From Toensbergia leucococca (Eukaryota): a DNA stretch of 64,000 nucleotides. A program made the position numbers and the translations under genes. Location of the stretch: positions 1 to 64,000 of the forward strand of contig JALDZS010000108.1 in NCBI GenBank assembly GCA_022813965.1, in the 5' to 3' direction. The notes under the pieces were generated by a model. That model worked only from the letters and a program-made list of their open reading frames with translations, was not told the DNA's origin and ran no database searches. Positions 1 to 13,291 of this stretch are shown here, in pieces (the stretch's first letter is position 1; every line of letters starts with the position of its first letter).

Positions 1-4
1 TGGT

Positions 5-37
<33 letters not shown>

Positions 38-294
38 CTCTTTGTGGAAGGTTTTGAAGAAGAAGGGGTGGGTGCAGGTGGAGGGCCGAAGACGGGGAGG
101 GGAAAAAGTGAGGACATCTGTGCTCTGGGGGTGTCTTGAGTGCACCCTTCATTTCCTGTCTCCTGGTCATTTCACTTCCAATGCGCATTTTACAACCCCT
201 TTTCCTCCTCCAACAGCGCAAAAATACCCCCTCCCATCACCCCCCCTAAAAAATCCCCGCCCTAATCCCCCCCCCCCTCCTTCAAACCAATTAG

Positions 295-863
295 CCTCCC
301 ACGCCAAATCCCCCCCTCCCCCAACCCCAACACCCCCCAAATACTGCTCCGCCCGCTGCCGGCGCTCAAAACCCAACGCCCAAGACCGCGCCATTGAAGC
401 TCAATTCGTTCACTTACTGTCGTCCCGCGCGAGCGGAGGCGCTGTGTTTTGCGAGGAGGTTGAGGAAATCATTTTTGGGGGGATGGGCGATGGAGATCTG
501 AACGAAGAAGAAGAAGAGCTGAAAGGAGGAGAAAAAGCTGGGGATGCAGATGTGAGATCAGAGGATGGTGGGGTGAGTGTTGAGAAGCACCGGCAGATGA
601 AAGAAGTTGGAGCAAAAGAAGGAGGGAAGAAGAAGAGGAATGCTGCTGAGGGGATGCGGAAGGCGGAGCGGAGGGAGCGGGTTCGGCGAGCGGGGAGGAG
701 GGGGGTGGTGTTTGGGTTTTTGGTCGGGCGAGGGGGGGATGGGGAGGAGGAGGGGGAGGGGGAGGGGGAGGGGGAGAGGGGGTTTGTGGATGTGGTGCAG
801 GGGGGCAGGGTTGTGGAGGCGAGTTTTGCGAAGGGCGAGTGGGGGGTTAGGTGGAGGGGGTAG
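295..863 (+). CDS. Conserved fungal protein, DUF2256-like (KYCSxRCR); 5' exon not identified
   Basis: ORF 3..863 contains KYCSARCRRSKP..DRAIEAQFVHLL and ends in VVEASFAKGEWGVRWR. A possible acceptor (CTAAT..TTAG) lies at 294. The upstream G/C-run sequence does not look coding. Confidence 0.55.
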
Positions 864-1451
864 GTTGGGTTGGGGTGGGGTGTTTGGGGGGGGAGGTGGG
901 AATTGAAGAGACGTTGGGGGGGGGTGGATTGAGTCGTTGGGATGGTGATTGTAGAGAATTGCTCAGGAACGACACTGCCCATGTGAGCGAGGTTGAGTTC
1001 AGACCCGTCAGAACCCATTCAAAGTCACATCTCTCCCTCCCTTACCTATAGCAGGCAGAACTTATATAATAAAGCTCCATCCGATAAAATCAACACACAT
1101 CTATCATTCTATCATTAAAACACACACATACACCTTTATCAGTCTGTCAATCAATCTCACATAAAAAATGTTATGATAACCCGCACTCAAAGAACTCTCA
1201 ATCTTTCTCTCAACTTAAATCAGCTCATCTGTCAAAAATGCTAAACATCTCATAATCTTTTTCTTTGAACAACTCATTCTCATTCTTATTCTCATTCTCA
1301 TCTCAAAAAAAGAAAAAGAGAAAGAAGTAAGTCACCTTATCACATTCTCTCACTGCCCTTAAGAGTCAGTCAGTCACTGAGTATTATTCAGTCTAAATCA
1401 AACATGCATGTGATGATAGATAAAAACATATAAGATAAATTATTAAACAGG

Positions 1452-1480
1452 TAGATAGATAGATAGATAGATAAATAGAT
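1452..1480. repeat. (TAGA)n microsatellite inside an AT-rich island
   Basis: tagatagatagatagatagataaatagat. Confidence 0.8.
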
Positions 1481-2375
1481 GAATAAATAAAAACTTTTAC
1501 TGCCTTTTTTTTCCTTCTTTTTTATTTTATTTTTATTTTTTTTGAGGGCTGAGAAGAGAAGGGAGGGGTAGGTGATGTGAGAAAGAGAGAAGAAGAGTGA
1601 CATATTAAACTAAACTAAACTGATTGTTCTTAAGTCAGAGAAAGAAGTCATCTTTATTTTTTATTTTTTTTTTGATTTTGATTTTGGAAAAAAGGGTGAG
1701 GGAGTGAGATTTAATAAAGGTAGAGATCTGAGTATCTACAAACACTCTGTGAGTAGAATTTTATAAAGTATTAAAGGTTATAAGAAGTACAATCTCTTTC
1801 TCTCTTTCTTTCTTTCTCTCTTTCTCTTTTTTCAAAAAATATCTCTTTCTTTGTGAGGTTTGAGTGAGCTGTGCTGAATGTTAAGACTGAGCAGAGAGAG
1901 ATTAAGAGACACAGGGAGTTAATTTGTGAGAGAGAGAGTTTTGAGGTTTCTTGAGGGGTAAGAGATTAGAGAGAAAAAGAGGTTCACAGTTATGTGAAAA
2001 GAAGAGAGGGGGTGAGAATGAGAGATGAGATGAATTTGTGATGTGTTTTTTTGTTTTTTTTTTGAATTGAGATGATGAGCCATTTCTCTTATGAATAAGA
2101 AAAGAGGGGTTGAAACTGCGGTATTTTCATTGTGTTTCTCTCATCATTTTCAAGTTTCTTTGCTATTTCTCACTTTCTGCTGTTGGAAAAGTGATGAAAA
2201 GAATCTTCTCAAAAAGGGGGGGGGAGGTTAATTATATCAAGTGTAATTTTCTGAAAAGAAAACCGAGAAAAAAGCACCGCCTGCAGTGTTTTTTGATTGA
2301 GAGAGGGCGGTGAACAGATCTCGTAAGGAGGAAGTGATGAGAGACATACCAGCAACCAGGCCGAACCAGTATCCC

Positions 2376-4113
2376 TCAAGTCCATAGCTTAAACCCGCCC
2401 GGGACCCCCCTCTGAAACAACCCCCCAGGATCAACCTCCCTACTCATCTTCCTCAACCGCTCCAAACTCTCACTCCCATACCCTCCCATCACATCCTGTC
2501 CCCCAGCCGCATAATTCAGATACACCCACCTGTCCCACAAACCCCTCTTCTTAGCTCCCTCTTCCACCGCTCGAGTAAACGCCTTTGCAGCAGCCATGAT
2601 GGTTTCGTCGTCTGCGGCATCGGACCAGGAGACTGTGAACAGGGCGTTGATTAGAAGCCCGGAAGAAGAGGAGATGCCAAGGGAATTAGGGCTGGTGTGA
2701 AGGGCGGCGCGGAAGACGGAAGAGGGGAGATTTTGGAAACTTAGGGCGTAGGTGGCTTTAGGGACAGTAAGGAGGGGTTGAATGGACGTGTTGAAGATGT
2801 TGAAGACTTCTATTAGGAAGTGCAGAGAGGGGGCAAAGGTGGTGGTTGTCCAGTAGGCGCTGGCAGAGTATTATCAGCCTCTTGGGTGACAATCATGATA
2901 GAGATTAATTCTCTTACCGAGCACCAGGTTGGCCGCTTTCATTGATCTCAAGCGTAAAGTCACTCAGATTGGATATGCGCATCGTATTGACATACTGCGG
3001 TTCAATCTCGGTAAAAGGCCTCAAAACAACCGGATCAGCCTCCGCTTTGGTATACTCGAGATTGCTAACAACGCCCCAAACCCTCCTTTCAGTATTGTAA
3101 AAAGAACTACTGATCACCGCAGCAAACGGATCATATTCCTCTGCATTAGCCAGAGCCATAAAAGCCCCTAACTGGGCGGGTAGCGTCTCGACGGGATACA
3201 CAATCGAGCCACCCCAGAATTTACCTTGCGGAAAGGCTTTCAGATCGAAGCGAGTGACGATGCCGAAGTTGTTGGAGCCACCTTTTAAGGCGGCGAAGAG
3301 AGAGGAGTTTTCGTGGGCGTTGGCTGAGACAGTTTTGCCGCTCGCAAGGACGACCTGGAAATTTTGGACCGAGTCGCAAACGAAGCCGAAGCGGGGGCTG
3401 AAGAAGGATATGCCGCCTGTCTTAGGTTGGATTAGGGTACTCGGGGTTGAGGATTTACTTGTGTAGCTAAGAAGGGAAAGAGGAGATTTTTATGGGTAAT
3501 CTCGTGATCAATGGTAGAAAAGCTGGGCGGAGAGCCATGTGCAAAGGCAGGATTGCTATGGAGAAGAGAGTTACTCACCTCCTGTAATCAATCCTCCCAC
3601 TCCCACATCAGCAACTCGGCCTCCAGACACGGCAAGTTCCATAGCATCCAACTTCAAATACACATTTACCCACGTCGCCCCGGCGCCAATGGAAGCCACG
3701 GTTCTTTCTCCATTGACATTCACATGATTCATAGCCCGCAAATCAATAGTCACACCTCGATGGATATTGGCACTGCCAGGCCAGTGAGTATGACCTCCAC
3801 TTCGAATGGCGAAGCGGCACATATCCATGCCCAACGCATGGATTTTAGCTAGTAGCCAAACGGCGGTCTCAACATCTTTGCTGGTCTGAGGGGTGACTAT
3901 ACAGCTAGGGGCTAGCTGCTGCTGCTGTTGCGAGTAGTATGAATGTAGTGAAGAATTATAGATGGTACTACCGGGGAAAGAGACTTTGGCTCCCAGGAAG
4001 AGGTTCAAGGAAGTGCATTGGAGAGATATTGAACCGATGTAGCGAGAAGCCAAGAAGAATGAGAAAAGTAATGGAAGAATGGCGAGAGTAGATGTCGAAC
4101 CAAGTCCTCGCAT
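2376..4113 (-). CDS. FAD-linked oxidoreductase (FAD_binding_4 / BBE-like), probably secreted
   Basis: Hydrophobic N-terminus; [15 protein letters not shown] (covalent FAD His), [61 protein letters not shown] introns at about 3417-3578 and 2860-2917. Confidence 0.9.
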
Positions 4114-4811
4114 GATGAACAAAACGCCAAAATAATAAGGGTCATGTAAATTATAGGCGATAGGAAGAAAGACAACTCATGCAGACAGATTTATAGAATG
4201 TCAATAGTAAGCACTTAAACCCGGATTACCCCACCCAAGGATCGACGACAACGCTTCTCCAACAGAGGAGAAAGGATATCATAATCCTCAATATTATAGA
4301 ATAACCGAATGACTCAGAAGAGGTGTATTGTTGAATACTGTGGTAGTGTTAGACCAACGTGCTTTGTCAGTATATCACTACCTAGGCTTTGCAAGGCCGC
4401 CGTCAATACTCGCCTGCCTCTCGTCTTCGTGCTTCTCAAATTAGGTAGCTGCTCCGTGGCAGGATATCAAGTCTCCTTTCTAGCTACGATATCACTTGTA
4501 GTATAATGTGAACGATTATAGTTTAAAAGAGCGGGATTTGGGGCCGTGAAGACAGTCGCACCATCTACATAAATTAAAACACACAGAAATATCAAATTGG
4601 TATTCTCGGTTGCCGTTTTCATCCACCATGAAAAAAATAACATAAAAAGAAGAGAAAAAAGGGAAAAAACATCACTACACAACTGTATTTCATGCATGTG
4701 CTTTTGCGACCAGGCTCCCCGGGGTATTCTCCTCTCTTCTCTTCTCGTCAACGCATACGTATAGCAAAGAAATAAAAGACTAGGAAAACATGACTGGTAT
4801 CTTGTAAACAT

Positions 4812-7800
4812 TCAACGAGGAGGCCCAATCGGGCCGGGGTATCCATTAACAGAATTGGACGTGCTCGGACGCCCGCTATCAAATGACGTTCGTGCATCAT
4901 GCTTAGGAGTCGTGTCGCCGCCATTTACAACGCCAAAAGGAAATTTATTTTCAAATCGACTAGGCCAGCCGTTTCGACCTTCATCTTCGGGAAGATTGAC
5001 TCCGCTGTCGTTCCATGGGTTACGGTAGCCACTATCGCGGGATTCCAACGAGACAAGCGACGCTCTTGATGCATTTGATGAAGCCTGTTTGAAAAAAGAA
5101 CTGGGAGAGCTAGATTGATTTTTACGCCGGTCGAGAAATGAGGAGATGGACGAAATGCTGCCAGGTTTGCGAAGCTTGTCGAATAAAGAGCCACGGTCGC
5201 TGGCGTCATCACCGAAAGTTGATCTCGTGGGTGAATCTGTTGAGAGTGGTGCAGGCGCATGCTGGAGCAACTTCGAATCGAAGAATGGCAAAGAATCTTC
5301 AAAGGAGTCCGATTTGGGCCTGGGAATTGCCCCCTTGACCGTGGCAGCATCCAAGCCATGAACAACCAGACGAGAGACTAGAAAGTCGATTGCATCTTTG
5401 AGGCCACCCGCATTATTGCGCGTATACGCAAGTACAAGACGTTCTTCGCTGGCTGAAGTCGCTTCTTCGCCATCCTTTAGACTTTCACTAACATACAACT
5501 CCACCTCGTACTGCGTTTTTAGCTTTTGGCGTACTTCAGTCTCGAAATCCCCCGACTTGAGAAAGTCTCTTAGCTGCGCCGCAGCAGGAAGTACGATTTC
5601 ATGATTCTCAGGAACCATTCCCTGTTTTCAAGATCAATACTGAAATCATCTTGCTTGTGATGATTGACTAACCAAAAACTCATCAACCGCTTGAGGTACT
5701 TGATATTCAGGCCCAGATATGGTCACTACATCACTTGCCATTTCCGTACTTGGAAAGTCGATTTTGCAATTCCATTTCTTTTCGAGTTCTTCAATCTCGT
5801 GCATGCGAGCAATCAACTCTCTATGGTACAGCCGGTTAATGACGACGGTTTCCGAGACAAACTCTGCGTCCTTTAAAATACAGTAGACAGGTTAGATGAT
5901 TATGATGGTTCATCAACAGGCGAAAAAGATGCCTCGTCTTCATATTCAGGCTCACGTACCACTTTCTCCACCATGTCCATAATCTCTTGTTTGACCATGT
6001 CCAAGCTTTGAGCGTTTCTTGCAGGAGTTCGACAAATCACATTGTCAACCTTGATATCATCGTCCTCTTTGCCAATACCTCCACGATCCATGGCGTTGGA
6101 AAACTTAACAAAGACCGAGTATTTCTTCATTATCCGCTGGATATGCTGCCCACCAATGCCAATGATACGCTTATGATACTGATCCGGAACGTGAAACGAG
6201 ATGGACGCTGGCATTTCTTGTTCAACAAGATCGAGACCGTTCTTGGTAGCTTCGTATTGAGCTCCACAAACATCAATGTAGAAGTTGTATTCATTGAAGC
6301 CATCGAAGATAATCTGTACGTTGCCTATGTCAAGTATTTAGTATGTGGAATACTGACAATAAGGAGAACGTACTTTGGCCCATGATCTTATTGATCTTGC
6401 CGTTTTTCTTGCCACTGACAAATTCTTTGTGCTCATTTGCAAGTTCGATTTTGACACGCATCTGATACTGAGCTCGTTTTACAAATGGAATCTGATGAAT
6501 AACCATCATAGCGGCTTTTACAGCATCATCGGAGCCATTGATTGAGAATGTGAGCTTGTCAAAACCTACATCGGCCCCGGAGTTGGTGCAAATGTCTGAG
6601 AGCATGGTACGAATATCTGCCGGTGAAGGGGCTCGCATAGTATTTCCTTGAGCGGAATCTGGTGACAGGATCCACCACGAAGCACTGTAAAATTGTCCAG
6701 CCTGGACATTCATTAGTGATGATTTCCAGAGTCAAAGGATTGAAATATTACCAAGGCCATGATTTCCCGTACTGTTCGCTCAACATGTAAAATCTCCGTA
6801 CCCTGGACCCGAATTAAGCCACGCTGGCTACCCAATTGCGGGAACAAGACGTAGGAGCCATTCGTCTCCATGACTTTCCGAACTTTGTCAAGGCGATCAA
6901 GTAATATGCTGTCAATTTTATGCGCCGATACCATGACATCTTTGACATAACATTTAGTGTTCATGACGAGCTCGTGAAGCTTCTTCTTAGCCTGGTTGAT
7001 ATTGTCTTGGTTATCACCAGTAATGTAGACCTCATCTTCCCCCCTCGGACGTGCTCCAGGTGGGTTATACCCATATATTCGAGGAAAAGGCGGAGGGAAG
7101 TATATTGCAGTGTTTGAAGCGGATTCTATCAACCGGATATTTTTTCGAGTACGACCACAGACGACAGTATGTAAAGAAAGCTCGAGCTTCATAACATCGA
7201 CAATACGCTTAAGCTGTGTATGACAATCATTAGCCATGCCCTACTTTAGCCATTCGATAATGACAACCCACAATCTGATCAATCATGATGAGTATCCTTG
7301 TCTTGGCATGTTCATAACTCTCCGGATCTCCATAGATTGCGATACGCAAACGTTGATCAAAAGGCTGGTCACTACCATTGCCATAGCTTGCGTTGGGACC
7401 TTCGGGATCCATAGGCTTCGGATTCAGTAGAAATATATCGGTACCAGTGTACTTGGAAAGAATATCAATATGTTCCAAAACACCTGCTTTGACTCCTGTC
7501 ATGTTTGGATCGATGACAAGGTTCGTATCGATATCTACGACGGCACATTTCTATTTCCACTATTAAAAGCCACCTCCATCAAGTATAGGTGTCTCAGACT
7601 TACCAAGGCTATTGGAGTCTCATTCAATATCTTGGCTCTCATCTTGTGTACGGTATCTGCATCTCCCGAAACGCAGACATTTGTCACGAGACCTTTGAGA
7701 GGTCTTCGCTGCAAAGCTGGTATGGGCTTGGGCTCCGAGGAAGTTACTGTAGCTTCGACGCGACCATTACTACCTTCACTCAGCTTCCGACATAGCTTCC

Positions 7801-8140
7801 TCAGCTGCTCGACATTGTTGGCATGCACTGGAAGCTTGTGGTTGGGTGTTCCCTCTTCCGTTCCATCCGGATGTGTCCAACGATGAAGAGCTCCAGGGCT
7901 CGCATGAAGTACCTCATCCAGATCGGGACCAGGAAGGTTAGATGCAAAGGGGACGTTGAAGGATAAATTGACGGTAGTGTCGGCGGGAGTCAGAGGAGAC
8001 ATTGGTGATTGAGCTAAAGAGCGAGTCTTCGGTGGGGGGATCGGAAGGTCCATGTTTGGGCGGGACATGCCAAAGGCAGCGGGGGTCATCTTCTCCCAAC
8101 CATGTCTCGCCTGACCTGTGAAGTTACTCAGTCTCTGCAT
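4812..8140 (-). CDS. Multi-KH-domain RNA-binding protein (conserved fungal family)
   Basis: KH GxxG loops EFVSGKKNGKINKIM and HKRIIGIGGQHIQRIMKKY, spread over several exons (ORFs 7535-8140, 7230-7502, 6713-7237, 6330-6713, 5900-6214, 4812-5618). Confidence 0.85.
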
Positions 8141-8830
8141 CTTCCAACAACTGGCAAGACGGGGAGATTAGGGAGCTGAGGCTGAGGTGAAGTTGCGGAC
8201 GTCGATGCACAGATAATCTTAGCGTGGCCAAGGTCGGGATTTAGCGAGGAAGGGAAGAGATCAAGTCGTAATCTTGATCGTAAGCCTGAATATTTCAAGA
8301 GGCACATGCAAGTATAAAGTACCTTACCACCTTACCAACTTACCTACGGAGTATCTGTATTTGTAGATCCAATCGTTTCATCTCAATATCGTGTTATTAA
8401 TTATATCATCATCGGCCTTTCAACACCCGGACATCATCGGATGCTCCGGCTGTCGTGGGAATTAAGATTAGAGACACATATACTCTGTGCTCCGTGTTTT
8501 ATATTATATCCATAATTGATGAAAAGTATGAGGCACTCCCTCGGAATTGAGCAATATCAACATGGAAACGATCGTCATCCCGCTGCAGGATTCAATACGC
8601 TAAATATTACACTGTCACCCTGAGTGCCCTGTATGGAGTAGTAGCATAGCAATCTCCACCAACCTATCCGTCTTTGCATGAGAAGGATCTCTCAATCAAT
8701 CTCCTAGTATCCAACCGGCTATGTACATGGGAAATATCTTCTCCTTCCTGGTGCTTCTTCCACAACCACCATCAATATCAATCGCTCCTATCATTAGAGT
8801 AGTTATGGATAACCATTCTCTCTCCTTCCT

Positions 8831-11578
8831 TCACATCCTTTGCAATTGCCTTCTGTCACCACCTCTTGGAGCCTCGAAGATCAAGTCGTCTTGACTGTCA
8901 TCTTCCATGAACCGCCTTTCCTGTACCTCCGATGCATATCGATACTTTGGTCTTTCCGCACGCACGTAATTCACAGGCCTTGCAAACGCATCTTCGGCAC
9001 GAACACTAACTTGACGACTACTTGCCGGTACCAGTTCCCTCATACCTCCCATACTAGCGATTCGATTCTGCTCAGGGCGTACACTTTGCACTCTTGTAAT
9101 CTGCTCTCGAGGTACTGCATATTGACTGTTTACTGGGCGAACGCTTTGCCTTCTCGTGATACCTTCGGTAGGCCTGATGACTTCATCATAATGACTGACC
9201 TGTCGCGTTTCTGGGTATTGAGCTATCCGAACTCTATCATTTTGGCCAAAGTAATCGTCTCCATAGCCAGACTTACTCTGCCGATCAACCACTTGCCTAG
9301 CTCTTGTAGGAGAAACATATTCAACGTATCGCGGAGAGGCAGATTGAGGCGAAACGGCCCTCTGAAAGTATTTCCGATTATCATAAACATCCACATATTG
9401 AGGATCACGGATACTAGCACCACGAGGTGCCAGCTGTTCATACCGAGTTTCGGGTTCGCTCCGACGAATTGGAGGTACGTCCAAGGCAGGATGATCAGAA
9501 GGTGCAGGTGCAAGAGTTTCGTAAAATCTATTACCATACTGATCCATAACAATTCGTCGTGGAGGAGGAGCCATAGTAACTTGACCTATGGGCGATTGCT
9601 GCACTCGACGCAGGATAGGAGATGGCGACCGTTGGTGATTAGCATATGATACTGTCTCGGGTTGTATAGATGCTCTATATTGGCGTGATAACCCGGATCC
9701 TTGCTGTGGCAGATATACTTGCGATACTTCTCTAGCCTGATGATCACGTGGAGAATATTGCTCAGAGTAGGGAACAGGCGACATTGGAATCGGAGGCCTT
9801 GCTTGTCTGGCACTGACAACTCGTCGAAGATCAGGCTCTTCGTAAGCCTCAATATGTTGACCATTTCTTGAAACAACGCGGCGTGCGACTGGGGTCAACG
9901 GTACTCTCTCTGTCACGTAGGTTGGAGCTTGTTCGTGAGTCCTAGGCTGATACACCACCTTCTCACGGTATTGCGGTGAAGTGGTGTCAATATACAGTGG
10001 TTGTTGGACATCTTGCCCATGACGTTTGAAACTAGAAACTTCCGTAAATGGGGGAGGTGATATTGGTTCTTCTTTGATATGAATCTCCGGCGATATCACC
10101 TCTCTTCTCGGAGCGACATTACGAAGTCTCTCATTAGGGTCAACTTCCCTTCTTCGCTTTCTTGAGCTTAGGGGCTCCAAAGGAACATCAGGACTCTCTT
10201 GCGCATTCTGCACGTTTCCAGCAGGCCTACGAGAAGTATGAAGTTCTTTGACGACACGATGTGATTGAGCAACTTGTGGTACCTTTGCAACTGCCAACGG
10301 CGATACACGTGCAGGCTGTGGAGCGAGTGGAGAAGTTATGTGATTCCTAATGATGCGCACATCATTCGATAGCGGTGAAGGAGGAATCTCGGGTTGCTTA
10401 GCATACTCACGAAACGGATTGTGTACATGGACAGGTGGACGTCTTTCCCCTCGACCTAAGTGATTTTCTATTACCGGATGTTCATAAACCTTTCCACTTC
10501 GCAGTCGGGATTCGCCTGCTGCAGGAGGTGAGTATACCGACTCTTCATATACATCTTGAGGTTCCTTTGTATAATAGTGAGATCCAGTATCTGGGGGATC
10601 TCGCCTCCGCGGCTGCAAACTACTGTAAGGTTTGTCGTCAATTTGGGCAACATGTCCGGAAGGCGAAGGAGTACGACGGGTAACATGACCATTGGTACGA
10701 GTATCTTTCGAAATATCTTTGGGCTGTGAGCTTGCTTGTTCATCAGCATTGACGCTGTCGAGATCCATCGCCTGAGATCCACCTTCCTCCAACTTTCGCT
10801 TCAAAGCAGGATCATGAGAGAAATTACATGCATTCCCCTTTTGACATTTTCCTTCAAAAAAGAACTTGCAAGGTCTGTAGGGGCGCCACTTGGGGGACTC
10901 AGCTGCTTCTTCGGGTGTAGAGTCGTACATCTGACTTGAGTAAAAGGTATTCTCATCAAATGAGTCGCTGGATGAAGGATTGCCGTTAGCACCATTGTTA
11001 TCAGCTACTTTTAAAGGCTTTACAATCTCTTGTGCCATTTTCAGCACACCTGTGACATCAAAGTCGGGTAAAGCTTCTTGGTCAGTAGGTCTTTGCCTCG
11101 ACACTACTCGCTTTTGTTGGACCTGTTCTTCTAAAGATCGTTCAATACGTTGTCTCTTTTGTTGTAATTCCGCCCTTACCAAAACCTCGGACTTTGTCAA
11201 GAGGACTGGGTCGATACCAGAGGATCCCTGGGCAGATGACGATGTGCGTGGAGGATTAGGGAACTTTTGTAAATAAGAGTTCTGCTGAGGTACTAAGACA
11301 TGCGGGTCTTTGGAATGTGCGGATGTGAGTTGGTTGGATTGAGGAGGCTTCTTCGGAAGACCATTCACTCGAGGTGCAGGAAGGGCGTGTGAATGTTCAA
11401 TTGAACGCGAGTGGTTCTTGTTCAGAGCTTGTTGGTTAACCTTTAGTCGTGGGTGAGTATCTGCAAAGACTTGATCATGTAGAGTTAGAATCTTCTCATA
11501 TTCAATTATCTTCTTCGACTCCTGGTCAGTAAGCTTGACACCATTACTCTGCAAAGCAGCAGCAGTGACGGGCGCCAT
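8831..11578 (-). CDS. Largely disordered protein with a single CCCH (C3H1) zinc finger
   Basis: Long intronless ORF starting at ATG 11578 (MAPVTAA); PCKFFFEGKCQKGNACNFSH; also IDPVLLTKS and NHITSPLAPQPARVSPLA blocks. Confidence 0.8.
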   Translation of the reverse strand: MAPVTAAALQSNGVKLTDQESKKIIEYEKILTLHDQVFADTHPRLKVNQQALNKNHSRSIEHSHALPAPRVNGLPKKPPQSNQLTSAHSKDPHVLVPQQNSYLQKFPNPPRTSSSAQGSSGIDPVLLTKSEVLVRAELQQKRQRIERSLEEQVQQKRVVSRQRPTDQEALPDFDVTGVLKMAQEIVKPLKVADNNGANGNPSSSDSFDENTFYSSQMYDSTPEEAAESPKWRPYRPCKFFFEGKCQKGNACNFSHDPALKRKLEEGGSQAMDLDSVNADEQASSQPKDISKDTRTNGHVTRRTPSPSGHVAQIDDKPYSSLQPRRRDPPDTGSHYYTKEPQDVYEESVYSPPAAGESRLRSGKVYEHPVIENHLGRGERRPPVHVHNPFREYAKQPEIPPSPLSNDVRIIRNHITSPLAPQPARVSPLAVAKVPQVAQSHRVVKELHTSRRPAGNVQNAQESPDVPLEPLSSRKRRREVDPNERLRNVAPRREVISPEIHIKEEPISPPPFTEVSSFKRHGQDVQQPLYIDTTSPQYREKVVYQPRTHEQAPTYVTERVPLTPVARRVVSRNGQHIEAYEEPDLRRVVSARQARPPIPMSPVPYSEQYSPRDHQAREVSQVYLPQQGSGLSRQYRASIQPETVSYANHQRSPSPILRRVQQSPIGQVTMAPPPRRIVMDQYGNRFYETLAPAPSDHPALDVPPIRRSEPETRYEQLAPRGASIRDPQYVDVYDNRKYFQRAVSPQSASPRYVEYVSPTRARQVVDRQSKSGYGDDYFGQNDRVRIAQYPETRQVSHYDEVIRPTEGITRRQSVRPVNSQYAVPREQITRVQSVRPEQNRIASMGGMRELVPASSRQVSVRAEDAFARPVNYVRAERPKYRYASEVQERRFMEDDSQDDLIFEAPRGGDRRQLQRM

Positions 11579-11974
11579 GCTGACGTTCAGAGGCACGACC
11601 TCACTTCTCCTTGATATTCCTTTGATGACAGCGAAAGGAATATATACTCTGACGCTCAGCTCCAGGTGAGCATATTGTAGAAAAGGAGGAGGGAGGAAGG
11701 AGGGTAGCAATAAGCCGAGAAATGACACTAAACTCGAATCCTCGAATCTCGGAAATTGCCGAGTGCGCTAGAAAGCACCAATGACGAGCCTCTCTTTCGA
11801 CATGGCACTCATTCACCATTCTGTTCACGATGGCTTTCAATACTTGCGCAGTCTTTGATTTATCTCTTGCCCCCCCTATATCAAAGTGGCAGAAGTCCAC
11901 CAAGGGGTACGGACAGAGAGACACCATTGCTATACTTTGTTATTCGCGCAGTAGCTTTTAGCAGTACCACCATC

Positions 11975-13291
11975 ATGGCAGAGACACCCTCGCCCAGACC
12001 AGTCTTCTTCTTTGACATTGACAATTGTGTAAGCTCAATTCCAATTCAATTCTTCCACCATGCGCTGACTACTCTCTATATCTAGCTATACTCACGAAGT
12101 ACCTCCTCTACAACCTACCAAAGCCTATCCAAGTCAAACCCCTGTTAACCTCTTCACCAGGTAAGAAAGTGCACGACTTGATGCAGGAATTAATCGGTAT
12201 TCCCCCTCGCCTCGAAATCTGCCCTATCAATTTCTCACTATTCTTCAGACGCATACTTCATCACCAACCTCTCCCTCTCAGAAGAAGATGCAACCATGCT
12301 CCATCAAAAATACTACAAAGAATACGGCCTCGCAATCGAAGGCTTGGTCCGCCACCACAAGGTCGATCCCCTCGAATACAATCGCCAAGTTGACGATGCA
12401 CTCCCTTTAGACACTGTCCTTCATCCCGATCCCCAGCTCCGGAAAATTCTAGAAGACATTGACAATACCAAAGTCAAGCTATGGCTTTTCACAAACGCCC
12501 ATGTCACACACGGAATGCGCGTGGTCAAATTGTTAGGAGTGGAAGATCTCTTCGAGGGCATCACATACTGCGATTATACTCAAGAGACCATGATCTGCAA
12601 ACCGCATGATAAAATGTTTGACAAAGCCGAAGCCGAGGCGGAGGTATCGTCAGTCGAAAATTGCTTTTTCGTTGGTGAGTTCCAGATATAGCGGATTGCG
12701 ACCTTCAATCGAATTCCCAGCTAAATCTTATGCCAAAGACGATTCGCACCTCAATTGCCGCCACGCTCAAGCCCGAGGTTGGACAGCCGTCCACCTTCTC
12801 GAGCCCGACGATTCCGAACCCGCCACAAAAGCATCAAAGTACCAAATCCGCAGCCTAACCGAGCTCCGAGTCCTCTTTCCCCACTTCTTCACCTCCTCCG
12901 CGAACCGATTGCCGGATCCTGTGGAGCAGAACCTAGCCCGGAAAAATTCCATCCAGCAGCAAGCTATTTCGCTCTATACCTCGCAACAATCAAGACCAAG
13001 ACAGATACCAGGCCGATCTGAGAGTTCCGCCCCTCAGCAAGCCATCCCGCGCAACGTCTCGCCGCAATCAAGGTCAAAGCAAACAGCAGCCGAATTCGAC
13101 AATGGCGACAGTAGCGACGAAAAGAGTAAGTTCACACTTTGCTCCTACTCACACACGCACTTATCCGACTAACAGCGCCCCCACGCGCATCGATCGAATC
13201 CCAGATCGCCAGTATCAAAGCCCACATCGCAGCGCTTAGGGAACCTCTTAACCGCGGACCCAGCGGTAATTTAGCAAATCCAGCCGACTAA
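11975..13291 (+). CDS. SDT1: HAD-family pyrimidine 5'-nucleotidase (SDT1/PHM8-like) with a C-terminal extension
   Basis: FFFDIDNCLY (HAD motif I, completed by the 13-nt exon 12086-12098), YGLAIEGLVRHH, WLFTNA, CKP, FV-DDS. The last exon follows GACTAACAG and ends in TAA at 13291. Confidence 0.85.

Noticed and set aside
1..35. Poly-G run read as a Gly-rich N-terminus of ORF 3..863
   Set aside because: It is a homopolymer with no ATG; low complexity or an assembly artefact.
410..1018. 202-aa Pro/Ser-rich minus-strand ORF
   Set aside because: It is the antisense shadow of a G-rich coding tract.
8840..9649. 269-aa plus-strand ORF
   Set aside because: It is antisense to the CCCH gene and has no recognisable motifs.
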